Shown: piece after piece, positions 53,911 to 62,547 of the stretch | How the letters are laid out: each line of letters begins with the position of its first letter | Numbering within the stretch: the first letter of the stretch is position 1 | IMG/VR virus record: IMGVR_UViG_3300029286_000037 | Location: 867-64,866 of that record | Source: a virus | Taxonomy: Duplodnaviria > Caudoviricetes | Direction: 5' to 3' (one strand) | Length of the DNA: 64,000 bases | The notes under the pieces: model-generated | What the model saw: only the letters and a program-made list of their open reading frames with translations | Told to the model about the DNA's origin: nothing | Databases searched by the model: none | Position numbers and translations under genes: made by a program

Positions 53911-55779
53911 CTAAAAAGATCTCATTCCGCGATTACCCATCCCAGAATATCGTGCTGATGGGCGGTTCAGTGTCGCCTTATTAAACTCTGACTTTCGTAA
54001 CATACGAGCCATCCGTATATGTCCGATTGCAGCTGTATTTATTATGTTATGTGTAAACGATTTATCCCGATACTCATGTGCTAGATAGATCATACGAGCT
54101 AAGCTATCACTCAAATCGTCATGTTCACCCTCTCTTTGGGGGGCTTCAACCCTGATTATATATTTAGATTTTTGTTGTGCTTGTAAAGTCAGCAATTCAG
54201 CTACAAGTTCAGAGTCTGTTGACCGGATACCTTTAACATAAGTCTCGTTACCTTCCGGGAGTCTTAATGTTGAGGATAACAAACAACTAAGGAGCATCTG
54301 GTACACTGTTGAGTTGAGACTGTCATTGAAATGTCTCGCCTCAAACTGTTTAAAACCCATCTTATGCAGTTTGGGTTCCATAGTCATATCATAATACTGA
54401 TCAAGCAGACCCTTTGCTATATAAAATTTACTTGTGAATGAAGCAATCCATTCCACCATCTCATCGGGCTCAAAATAGTTTTTACCTTCATCAGAGGCGT
54501 AGCGGACACCATGGTAGTCTACTTCAAGTTTATCTAACTTTACCCCATCTACCACATCTTGGACCCAGTGTCCAATAGTAATAGCGGTACCATCCTTCTT
54601 TAAACCTAAGTCAATGCCCATAAAATGTGGCACTCTATAAGTGCTACGTTCTTTTATTCTAAGGCCTGGTATAACATTTTTACGGACGATATCAGGATCA
54701 TCTATCCATCCGAATAATTGATCACTGAACTGTGCCCCATACTCAGACTTAAAGGATATTGAATTCGCCTTATAAGTATTTTTAAGGAATTGAGTAGACA
54801 TTTCCGGATCGATCTCCCATGTAGGAGCCTGCATCATAAACAGATCCTCATTATCATCCTCAAAAGCACGTTCATACTCACTATAAAACTTACCAGATTT
54901 TGGACCTGGAGAAGAAAGGCATATAATTTTACCGTCTGGTGTTCCATCAGGTTTCTTAAACTTTGCCACAGAAGGGGTTGCTGCTTTATAAATCGCCCCA
55001 TCATTTCTATCTTTTGTACTAACTACATTAGTCGTCTTTTCATCTGCAAAAAAGAATGCCATCTCATCAAGTGCTACAACAATGTTACCAGGACCTCGAA
55101 GGCCCTTTGCACTACAAGGAGCTACACGTATCGTTATAGAGGCTAAACCCTTCGGACCGTATTTATCCAAATCACGCTGAGTGCGTAAATTAACATACTG
55201 CTGTGTGGGTTTACTTCTAAACTTCCTGAAAAACTCCGACCGCTCGATATGTCCTACTATTTTTGTAAAGAGCTCTGAGGCAGTCTCCTTACTGGTAGAT
55301 ATACAAGTGACTTTGATAGGGTCTTCTGGCATAATCTGATAGTATTCTTGCGGACAATACTTATTTAATAATTTGTAAACCTCATATGTTATTATACAAG
55401 ATGTTATGGTACTTTTTCCGGCTCTTCTACCGCAAACCAAAACCATATTAGGACAAAGTTTTCCTGGTTCGTAGATTCTACCAAGACGCCCCTCATTAAA
55501 CAGATACATCATGTATTCTTGTTCATTAAAGCGGTAAAGCTCTTTTTCATTGAACTGGTCGTTTATTATGATATCCCTTTTTGAAGAGTTATCTAATTCA
55601 AGACCATAGTACCCCTTAATGATGAAGCGCTGCGCCGGGTACAGCCCCGGAACATCAGAACTACACCCCATAGCAAGACCCCATGGAGCAGTAACGAACT
55701 CCATAATATCTTTATCTAAATAGTCCTTATTATCTATCTTTGATGTGATAACCTTGGAACAAAGCTCGGATAAACTCAT
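53911..55779 (-). CDS. terL: Terminase large subunit
   Basis: Walker A CGRRAGKS, Walker B VVALDEMAFF, motif III LSSPG..GKFY, nuclease FMGIDLG..D and HDDLSDSLA. Confidence 0.95.
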   Translation of the reverse strand: MSLSELCSKVITSKIDNKDYLDKDIMEFVTAPWGLAMGCSSDVPGLYPAQRFIIKGYYGLELDNSSKRDIIINDQFNEKELYRFNEQEYMMYLFNEGRLGRIYEPGKLCPNMVLVCGRRAGKSTITSCIITYEVYKLLNKYCPQEYYQIMPEDPIKVTCISTSKETASELFTKIVGHIERSEFFRKFRSKPTQQYVNLRTQRDLDKYGPKGLASITIRVAPCSAKGLRGPGNIVVALDEMAFFFADEKTTNVVSTKDRNDGAIYKAATPSVAKFKKPDGTPDGKIICLSSPGPKSGKFYSEYERAFEDDNEDLFMMQAPTWEIDPEMSTQFLKNTYKANSISFKSEYGAQFSDQLFGWIDDPDIVRKNVIPGLRIKERSTYRVPHFMGIDLGLKKDGTAITIGHWVQDVVDGVKLDKLEVDYHGVRYASDEGKNYFEPDEMVEWIASFTSKFYIAKGLLDQYYDMTMEPKLHKMGFKQFEARHFNDSLNSTVYQMLLSCLLSSTLRLPEGNETYVKGIRSTDSELVAELLTLQAQQKSKYIIRVEAPQREGEHDDLSDSLARMIYLAHEYRDKSFTHNIINTAAIGHIRMARMLRKSEFNKATLNRPSARYSGMGNRGMRSF

Positions 55780-55781
55780 TA

Positions 55782-56540
55782 CTAGTCTTTCCCGTAATAA
55801 ATACGTTCAGCATTTTTTTCAAAGTTATCAAAAGATTTGGCTAATTCAGTAAAGAAGATGTCTTCATATTGAACTGGAATATTTACTTTACCAAATGTCT
55901 TTTGGATAGTCTCGAGAAAGTATTTAAGCACCTTCTGGAAAGCTTCCCCATGAAAGTCAACTTTACCTGAGACATTGTCCTTCTTTAATCTTTCCTGTTC
56001 TATTATGGTTTCAACAAGATGTTTGAGTATCTTAATTCTCTTTAAGCTTGAGTCTGATAGGTCTTCACCCGTTCCCCAATGCTCATTTCTAAAAGCCTTT
56101 ATGTAGGCGGCTTCCTCAGCTATCTCTTCCATGACAACTTTTAGGATAGTGCTGTTGGGCTTATTATCCCTAAGGACACCTAATAGCTTGTCATTTTCGG
56201 CGGGGTTAGCCATAGCCTTATTTAGAGGGCTACCGGGCATAAGATTTATGCCCATAACACCCGTAGAAACATTTCTCAAAACTGCAGAAGGAGTCGTTTC
56301 AGAGGGGGCGGTAAATACCTCCGTCTCTTCTTTTAAGATCTGCTTATTCAGCTCTCTCTCAGCTTCTTTTCGTACATCATCCATGAAACCGGTATCTACT
56401 TGAAGAATATCTTTAGGTGGGGGTGGAGCTGCTCCACGAGAAACAGTATCTTCATCCCCCAACAAAAAGTTCACGAGGTCATGTTCATGATCCACGAGGA
56501 TTTCTTCTTCAAAAACATCAATAGGTTTTCTTTTTCCCAT
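55782..56540 (-). CDS. Possible terminase small subunit
   Basis: Helical protein 2 nt upstream of terL; positional evidence only. Confidence 0.4.
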   Translation of the reverse strand: MGKRKPIDVFEEEILVDHEHDLVNFLLGDEDTVSRGAAPPPPKDILQVDTGFMDDVRKEAERELNKQILKEETEVFTAPSETTPSAVLRNVSTGVMGINLMPGSPLNKAMANPAENDKLLGVLRDNKPNSTILKVVMEEIAEEAAYIKAFRNEHWGTGEDLSDSSLKRIKILKHLVETIIEQERLKKDNVSGKVDFHGEAFQKVLKYFLETIQKTFGKVNIPVQYEDIFFTELAKSFDNFEKNAERIYYGKD

Positions 56541-56591
56541 ATCAAGTACTCCATAAGATCTTCTTATTTTATGTTATATTGGTCTGATAGC

Positions 56592-58496
56592 TTAAAACAA
56601 ATGGCTATCAATACCCTCACTGCCCATTTCAACATCCATATCCCCTGAAGCTTTTTCCTGCATGTTATCCAGGGCTATATTCATACCAGAACCAAAAGGA
56701 TCCGACATGTCATACTTCTGATTAAGGTCTTCTCGTTCCTCATCAGGATTATCCTTTAATAGGACTTTCTTTGTGACATCCTCTATAACATTCTCAGTTC
56801 CAGTAGCACACTTGATATCGAAGAAAGCCTTGTCGAGAGCCATTCCACCAAAAAAGTCAGTAGATTGTTTAATGCAACTTGAAGCACCCTTAAGGACACA
56901 TTCAGTGCATTTCTCTGTAGGCTTAATTGAGGCAGTTCTACTGAGATCATATCTCTCAGAAGTACATTTCGATAAGCAATCAGCACTTACAGTAGGCATA
57001 CTTGATAAGACCTTACGGATCATACCAACAGCTTCAGTAGTACCCATCATTGAAGCGACTCTATCTTCAATAAGATCGATCCCTACACCGGCTTCAATAG
57101 CTTTTACTACACCCTGCTTAATAACAACCTGGTCCATGGCTTTTTTAGTTACCACAGGAGCATAAGTCCCCTGCACACCACCAGTACGGACTTCTTTCTT
57201 ATACTGTAAGGAGGCATCAAAGGCTTCCTTTATAATGTTCAAGCTGCTGTCCCCGGCGATAACTTTATTCAAAAGACCCTGAGAAGTGCTGGAAGCGATT
57301 CTATTACCCGACTGAAGATCCTTGATGTAGCTAAATGCTACCTTCTTATCAAGTTTACCATCTCTTGGAAGCTCAGAGCATCCCGTAGCGCTTGCAACCT
57401 TTGCAAGAGTTGTATCAAACTCATGGGAGCGGTACGACTGAACAACATAGAGCGGGTTGGTGCTGGCATTCTTAATTGCACATATAGCGTCTTCAGGAGT
57501 TTTATAATAGGAGACATCTACATAGATATTCCCAAGTATCCCTTGAAGTCCGGCTACTTTTGCGATCTCTTCAGCATACTTAGAGATGTCTGTTGAGGAA
57601 AACTTCTGACGAATGCTCTCTTTAAGAGCTTCCCCGGCTTTTCCCTTTAGTAATTGATCCTGCATGTATGCAAGAATGGGTCGTGCAGAAAAGAATCTAT
57701 GTAAAGAGGCTTGTTTCTTCTGCTCTGAAGCATTTTTTTCCAGTTGAGCTGAAAAATCTTGTTGCATTTTTACAGGGTCAGCTGCAGCGGCATACTTGAC
57801 TTCAGCAGGTTCCTGTTGCTCGGGTTGTTTTAAGAAAGCTTCTCGAAGATTATCTTTAGAGGTAATCGTATCAGAAGCATTTATCACCCCAGCGATACGG
57901 AGATGGCTGGTATACTCACTAAGAATATGGTCTGAGTAGTCCATGGCTTCCAGGGATCTCTTATTGAGTTCTTTGCAAAAACCGTTATGATGTGAAGAGC
58001 ATACTTTGCGAGAAGGATTACCAACAACGTACTTAGCAGTCCGGATCCTGTTTTTACCCAATATCACTGCAGCTTCATGACAGCTATCAAATGGTGTGAG
58101 ATCTATGTAAACATTGCCTAGGAGACCCTGCTCTGCAGCGAGTTTTACAAGTTCTTCTTTTGCAGCATAGATGAGTTCTGGCATGTACAAACTTGACAGT
58201 CTGTCTGCAAGCTGTTTCCCTGTTGAACCAAGCATCATTTCTTTCTTAGCCTGTTTCACTACACCAGCGATGTCTTCCTGAGAAGCTTTCTTAGCGTTTA
58301 CGCCGCCCCTTATAGACGAGTTAGAGACAAGGCGGGTACTTTCCTGGTTAGTGTGCGTCCAAGCCTTTTGAAGCTGCGGGAGAGCTTCTACAGGGAACTC
58401 TGAAGGGATATTCTCCTTCGAAAGGACTAACCAATCCAAATCAGGTACCTGGGCTAAGCTCTTATCGGGTTCTATTGAATTTCCAATCGCATCCAT
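56592..58496 (-). CDS. Internally repeated, K-x-A-rich protein (putative head/core polyprotein)
   Basis: Start moved to ATG 58496 (AAGGAG RBS); repeats EQGLLGNVYIDL / LQGILGNIYVDV; more than 10 [KR]xA sites. Confidence 0.7.
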   Translation of the reverse strand: MDAIGNSIEPDKSLAQVPDLDWLVLSKENIPSEFPVEALPQLQKAWTHTNQESTRLVSNSSIRGGVNAKKASQEDIAGVVKQAKKEMMLGSTGKQLADRLSSLYMPELIYAAKEELVKLAAEQGLLGNVYIDLTPFDSCHEAAVILGKNRIRTAKYVVGNPSRKVCSSHHNGFCKELNKRSLEAMDYSDHILSEYTSHLRIAGVINASDTITSKDNLREAFLKQPEQQEPAEVKYAAAADPVKMQQDFSAQLEKNASEQKKQASLHRFFSARPILAYMQDQLLKGKAGEALKESIRQKFSSTDISKYAEEIAKVAGLQGILGNIYVDVSYYKTPEDAICAIKNASTNPLYVVQSYRSHEFDTTLAKVASATGCSELPRDGKLDKKVAFSYIKDLQSGNRIASSTSQGLLNKVIAGDSSLNIIKEAFDASLQYKKEVRTGGVQGTYAPVVTKKAMDQVVIKQGVVKAIEAGVGIDLIEDRVASMMGTTEAVGMIRKVLSSMPTVSADCLSKCTSERYDLSRTASIKPTEKCTECVLKGASSCIKQSTDFFGGMALDKAFFDIKCATGTENVIEDVTKKVLLKDNPDEEREDLNQKYDMSDPFGSGMNIALDNMQEKASGDMDVEMGSEGIDSHLF

Positions 58497-58497
58497 G

Positions 58498-59145
58498 TTA
58501 TTTATCTCCTTTTGATAGATTTGCCACAATTCTTTTACTAAGGACAGAAGCTACTTTATCCTTAACGTTCCCATTAATAAGGTCGCCATATCTCTTAAGG
58601 GCATCTACCTCAAAAGAGTTTACGACATCCTTAGGATCAATATCTTCCAAAGGAGGCTTAGCTTCTCCGGAAGGAAGTGCTGTATCAGCTCCGCCTTCTC
58701 CAGGTACTATCTCTTCGACTTCCTTTACTTCCTCTTCAACAATTTCATTCTCGTTCTTAACTTTCTTTTTCTCAACGTCACTCAAACCCCATTTGGGATT
58801 AGTGAGTTCATCAGCAAGGGTATCTGTGACATCTGATAAGTCTGTGATAGCACTGCTGATCTTTAGCTTCATATCCTTAAATGGCATAATAAAACCACGA
58901 CCGCCCAGCATACCATCGGGGGTAATCTCAGAACCCCGAAGAATTGACAAGTCCTTCATAGCTGAGATCATTGTACCTAATGAGACATTGATATTGTGAA
59001 GAGCCTTCTTAAGGACATTGGCCTTTGACGGGTCATAATCAAAATTATCGATATGTCTTTTCAGTTCACCTTTATTACCAGTGTCCTTTTTACTCTCAGC
59101 AATCTTTGTTGCAGCTAATCGCGTGGTTAACCGGGTTCGTTCCAT
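58498..59145 (-). CDS. Hypothetical protein
   Basis: ITPDGMLGGRGFIMP core; RLAA, KIAE and KVAS at the termini. Confidence 0.7.
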   Translation of the reverse strand: MERTRLTTRLAATKIAESKKDTGNKGELKRHIDNFDYDPSKANVLKKALHNINVSLGTMISAMKDLSILRGSEITPDGMLGGRGFIMPFKDMKLKISSAITDLSDVTDTLADELTNPKWGLSDVEKKKVKNENEIVEEEVKEVEEIVPGEGGADTALPSGEAKPPLEDIDPKDVVNSFEVDALKRYGDLINGNVKDKVASVLSKRIVANLSKGDK

Positions 59146-59150
59146 TTTAT

Positions 59151-59816
59151 TTATCCTTTAATTGGTTCGCCAGAGTTATCAAAAAGTCTCTTTATCTGAA
59201 CGTTTCCATCTTTATCAGAATCAATCGCCCATAAATCATGAGTACACTTGTGGATCAATTGGTTACTTCCGATACGGTCAAAGGAGAAAAGATCATCAAG
59301 GCTTGCAACCTTCATTCTGTTCTCATCAAGAAATGGATCGATACCATTCTCGGAAGCTACTGACACAATAGAAGCGGATTTTATTGTTTGTTGAAGATTT
59401 CTAAAAACACCATTAACAATACTGCTTTCATAACCACCACCCGCAAGTTTTAAGCTCACTGCTTTTACAGCCAATTCATATTTATCTGACATAGAAGCAC
59501 TCCTGTTATCTATATTAAAACCCGGACATCTTTTATCATAAGTTTTAGGGAAATCTGCACACTGCGCCGGTTTAAAGTCCCACACAGAGCACTTGTTATC
59601 CTCAAGAAAGACGCACTCTTTAGTATCTGGCTTATTTATCAATACAACTTTAGCTTTATCCTTAGTTGTATAGTCTTCTACAAATTTTTCATGAGATAGA
59701 GACTTATGATTACTCAAAGTGTCTATATCTTTTTGGGTTAAAACTACAACGCCTTCCCATTTACAGCACGCACCGCACTTAACACACTCAAAATCTTTTC
59801 CATCTATAGTTCTCAT
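59151..59816 (-). CDS. YkgJ/CxxCxxCC cysteine-cluster domain fused to a phage K-x-A domain
   Basis: FECVKCGACC..ECVFLEDNKCSVWDFKPAQCADFP..CPG, then RSAS-M. Confidence 0.85.
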   Translation of the reverse strand: MRTIDGKDFECVKCGACCKWEGVVVLTQKDIDTLSNHKSLSHEKFVEDYTTKDKAKVVLINKPDTKECVFLEDNKCSVWDFKPAQCADFPKTYDKRCPGFNIDNRSASMSDKYELAVKAVSLKLAGGGYESSIVNGVFRNLQQTIKSASIVSVASENGIDPFLDENRMKVASLDDLFSFDRIGSNQLIHKCTHDLWAIDSDKDGNVQIKRLFDNSGEPIKG

Positions 59817-59818
59817 AG

Positions 59819-60250
59819 TTAACTTCTAAATGGGTTGACGTTAAGCTCATCGGGATCAAAACCAATTGTATCTCTATTCTCATTTAATCCGTCAGGTGTG
59901 GTGCTATCATTCATAGGTTCCCCCTGAACATTTTCAAAGGGACTCCCAAAATTTGTCTCAGTTACGGGCTTGGTATCTTTATCATTCCAGTCAACGGGGT
60001 CAGGTCTCTCCCCTTGTCGACGGATATCCTCTTCGTTTTTGCATCTGTCTTTTTTATCGAGATCATTATATAAACTGGGGGTACCATCACCAATCTCACT
60101 GCTATCCTCTTCAGGCTCAGTCTGCTGCTGATAATATGGGATATTCATGTAGGGGGAATCACCGGAGTAATTCTCATCAACCATCATGGCTAGTTTTTTT
60201 ATACGATCGGAGAGGCTAACAAGCATACCATACCCACCCAAGGATAACAT
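59819..60250 (-). CDS. Acidic hypothetical protein (start uncertain)
   Basis: LSDRIKKLAM followed by a disordered acidic region; upstream motif. Confidence 0.6.
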   Translation of the reverse strand: MLSLGGYGMLVSLSDRIKKLAMMVDENYSGDSPYMNIPYYQQQTEPEEDSSEIGDGTPSLYNDLDKKDRCKNEEDIRRQGERPDPVDWNDKDTKPVTETNFGSPFENVQGEPMNDSTTPDGLNENRDTIGFDPDELNVNPFRS

Positions 60251-60284
60251 TACTGATAAAAGTAAAACCTATGTGAGGGTATAG

Positions 60285-60299
60285 TATTAGGAGATTATT
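60285..60299 (-). promoter_or_regulatory. 15-bp putative late promoter motif (AATAATCTCCTAATA) at the start of the morphogenesis region
   Basis: 2 mismatches; lies at the junction between replication/transcription genes and structural genes. Confidence 0.6.
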
Positions 60300-60305
60300 A
60301 AAATA

Positions 60306-60932
60306 TTAGCAGATCTTACTTATTCTTACTTTGTATCCGCGATCAAAGTGGGGAAGGACTACTTCATGCATCATGTACAAATTATCCCGGACGTATATAA
60401 GTAACTTCGAGCAAACAGCTAGGTCACCATTTCCTCTTTTATGCTTTTTTAGGCGTTCAATAAAACGTTCAAACTTATGCCGTATTTTAACCTGAGTCAT
60501 CTTACCACCGTCTTTAAGGCGGTATTTAGCATTGAGCAACTCTGCAGTCTTTGACTGACACGTAGTTTCAATCATGGTAGTAATCAGGCTTATCTCAAAT
60601 TCGCTAAAGTGGGGCTTTAGCACCACTTCAATAGCTTCATTGAGCTTTGGCATGTCTCTAAGAAATCGAAGTCTCTTACCAGCACGGGACAGCCTGTGGG
60701 AGATCGCCCCTTGAGTGACAGAAAATATCTCAGCGATCTCTTTCTGCTTTTTATCCATATAGTAATAGAGATTGATAAGATCACGTTCTTTACTGGGCAA
60801 TCTATCCAGAAAAGGGATAAAATCATCGTATGATAGGTTATTCTCTTCCTGATCATAAAAGAAGTTTTTCTCATCCGAGAATCTATTCTCAAGCTCTGTC
60901 GGATCCATGCTTTTATACATAATCTTATTCAT
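60306..60932 (-). CDS. Sigma-70 region-4-like HTH protein with a second HTH
   Basis: LDRLPSKERDLINLYYYMDKKQKEIAEIFSVTQGAISHRLSRA; second CQSKTAELLN..TQVKIRHKF; start moved to ATG 60932 (AGGAGG RBS). Confidence 0.8.
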   Translation of the reverse strand: MNKIMYKSMDPTELENRFSDEKNFFYDQEENNLSYDDFIPFLDRLPSKERDLINLYYYMDKKQKEIAEIFSVTQGAISHRLSRAGKRLRFLRDMPKLNEAIEVVLKPHFSEFEISLITTMIETTCQSKTAELLNAKYRLKDGGKMTQVKIRHKFERFIERLKKHKRGNGDLAVCSKLLIYVRDNLYMMHEVVLPHFDRGYKVRISKIC

Positions 60933-60948
60933 AAGGCCTCCTATATAT

Positions 60949-61878
60949 TTAGTCAAAAAGGGAAAATGACTCTACCTTAACCGCAGCTCTTGGGTCAGAA
61001 TACCGAATATTTAGAGATGAGGAGAAAATATCAATGATATTGTCTGGATTGATCGATCTTATTTCGTACTTACCGAATAATTCTGAAATGTTCTTTTTAT
61101 CAAAAGAGCTACTATCACAAACTATCGAATCGAGACTTCTATTAAGTTCTGTGATTTTAAAGTTGGTCGCCACCCTCTCCTTACCCTCTATCATAGAGCC
61201 TAATTGGAATTCTGTGAGTTTAACTTCAAGGAGGTTGTCATACACACCCTTAACTGTTTCGAAGCTATTTACAAGATTTGCTAAAATTTTTCGGGGAACA
61301 CGACTTACACCCGTAATATTATCACCGGGATCTCCATCAAAACTTCTATAGCAAGCCAATTTCTCTGGAGGTACCCCAAACTGTTCCTTTACCGCTTGTT
61401 CATCATAAAATTTTTCAGGATTGAGACCAACCTTGGGCTTAAAAACAATAATTTTACCGTTCTTAACTAATTGTAGTAAATCCTTATCATTGGAATACAG
61501 CATGACAGTCCCATCTTCTGCACTGTACTTCACTGCTAAGGAAGCTAGAACATCATCAGCCTCTTGCCCTTCCATAAAATACTGGTCTACACCAGCATTC
61601 CTAAGGAAAGCCTGAATATCGGGTATCTGGCCCATCACAGTCTCTGAAAGGCTTGTCCTACCTGCTTTATAGTCTGATTGTAAGGCTTTCTTGAACTCAG
61701 GCTTCCTATCCCATACTACCTCTATTTTGTATCCACGGTACTTCTTTTTAAGAGCAAAGATAGTTCTTATAAACCCGTAAAACATTCCTGAGTAAAGGCC
61801 TGCGCCAGTCTTTAACTCAAAGTTTGCATTGTGGGCACGATGTACCAAGTTTAGAGCGTCTATAAGGAAGTAATTCAT
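60949..61878 (-). CDS. 5'-3' exonuclease/flap endonuclease (Pol I N-terminal domain family)
   Basis: LIDALNLVHRA..YKAGR..EADDVLASL..SNDKDLLQL..GDPGDNITGV. Confidence 0.95.
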   Translation of the reverse strand: MNYFLIDALNLVHRAHNANFELKTGAGLYSGMFYGFIRTIFALKKKYRGYKIEVVWDRKPEFKKALQSDYKAGRTSLSETVMGQIPDIQAFLRNAGVDQYFMEGQEADDVLASLAVKYSAEDGTVMLYSNDKDLLQLVKNGKIIVFKPKVGLNPEKFYDEQAVKEQFGVPPEKLACYRSFDGDPGDNITGVSRVPRKILANLVNSFETVKGVYDNLLEVKLTEFQLGSMIEGKERVATNFKITELNRSLDSIVCDSSSFDKKNISELFGKYEIRSINPDNIIDIFSSSLNIRYSDPRAAVKVESFSLFD

Positions 61879-61887
61879 ATTTTATCT

Positions 61888-62547
61888 CTATTTTATAGTG
61901 AGGTTAATAAAACTTATGGGGGCTTCGATTATCCTGGTAGAATACTGAAATCTAACTATGGCTATTAGATTTTTTCTATCTACGGATAATACTTCACCTT
62001 CAAGGTTACTGAAGGTGCCAATTTTAGGTATAACTATTTGTTTCTTCTTGGGAATTCGTTCTCTGAGCTTTAGCTTTAATTCCTGCTTAAGTTCATTGAT
62101 CTTCACACCAAGTATTTTTACAACTTCCCGTTTTTTCTTCATAGGACCCTTAATGTGTTCACTATGATAAGAATCAGGGTACCTGAGGATATGGTCTGTG
62201 GCTCGGACAAAAAAGTATCCCTCAAATAAAATTAGAGAGACCACTTTATCTTTGATCTGTTCCTTATAAAAGGGTACAAAATACTCCGTATCAGGCCCAA
62301 ACATCACACCAATGCGATGCTCAATAGCCTCAGAGTGTTCATCAAAGGACACGTCTTCGACGAGTTCCATAATAACCCAGAAAGATTTCGGATCTACTTT
62401 TTTATTCGTATAACCCACAGAATTTTTTGATATTATTAATTCTGTTGAAGGTTGTTCTTCTTTTACATTAGTACTTTTTTCTTTTTTCTGTTGAGAAACT
62501 TTCTTGGATTTTTTTAAACTAAATCCTGTCAGGCTCAATGTTACCAC
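61888..62547 (-). CDS. NusG/RfaH-family transcription elongation factor paralog
   Basis: NGN-like EYFVP..LFEGYFFV; KOW QIVIPKIGTFSNLEGEVLSVD. Confidence 0.8.
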   Translation of the reverse strand: MVTLSLTGFSLKKSKKVSQQKKEKSTNVKEEQPSTELIISKNSVGYTNKKVDPKSFWVIMELVEDVSFDEHSEAIEHRIGVMFGPDTEYFVPFYKEQIKDKVVSLILFEGYFFVRATDHILRYPDSYHSEHIKGPMKKKREVVKILGVKINELKQELKLKLRERIPKKKQIVIPKIGTFSNLEGEVLSVDRKNLIAIVRFQYSTRIIEAPISFINLTIK

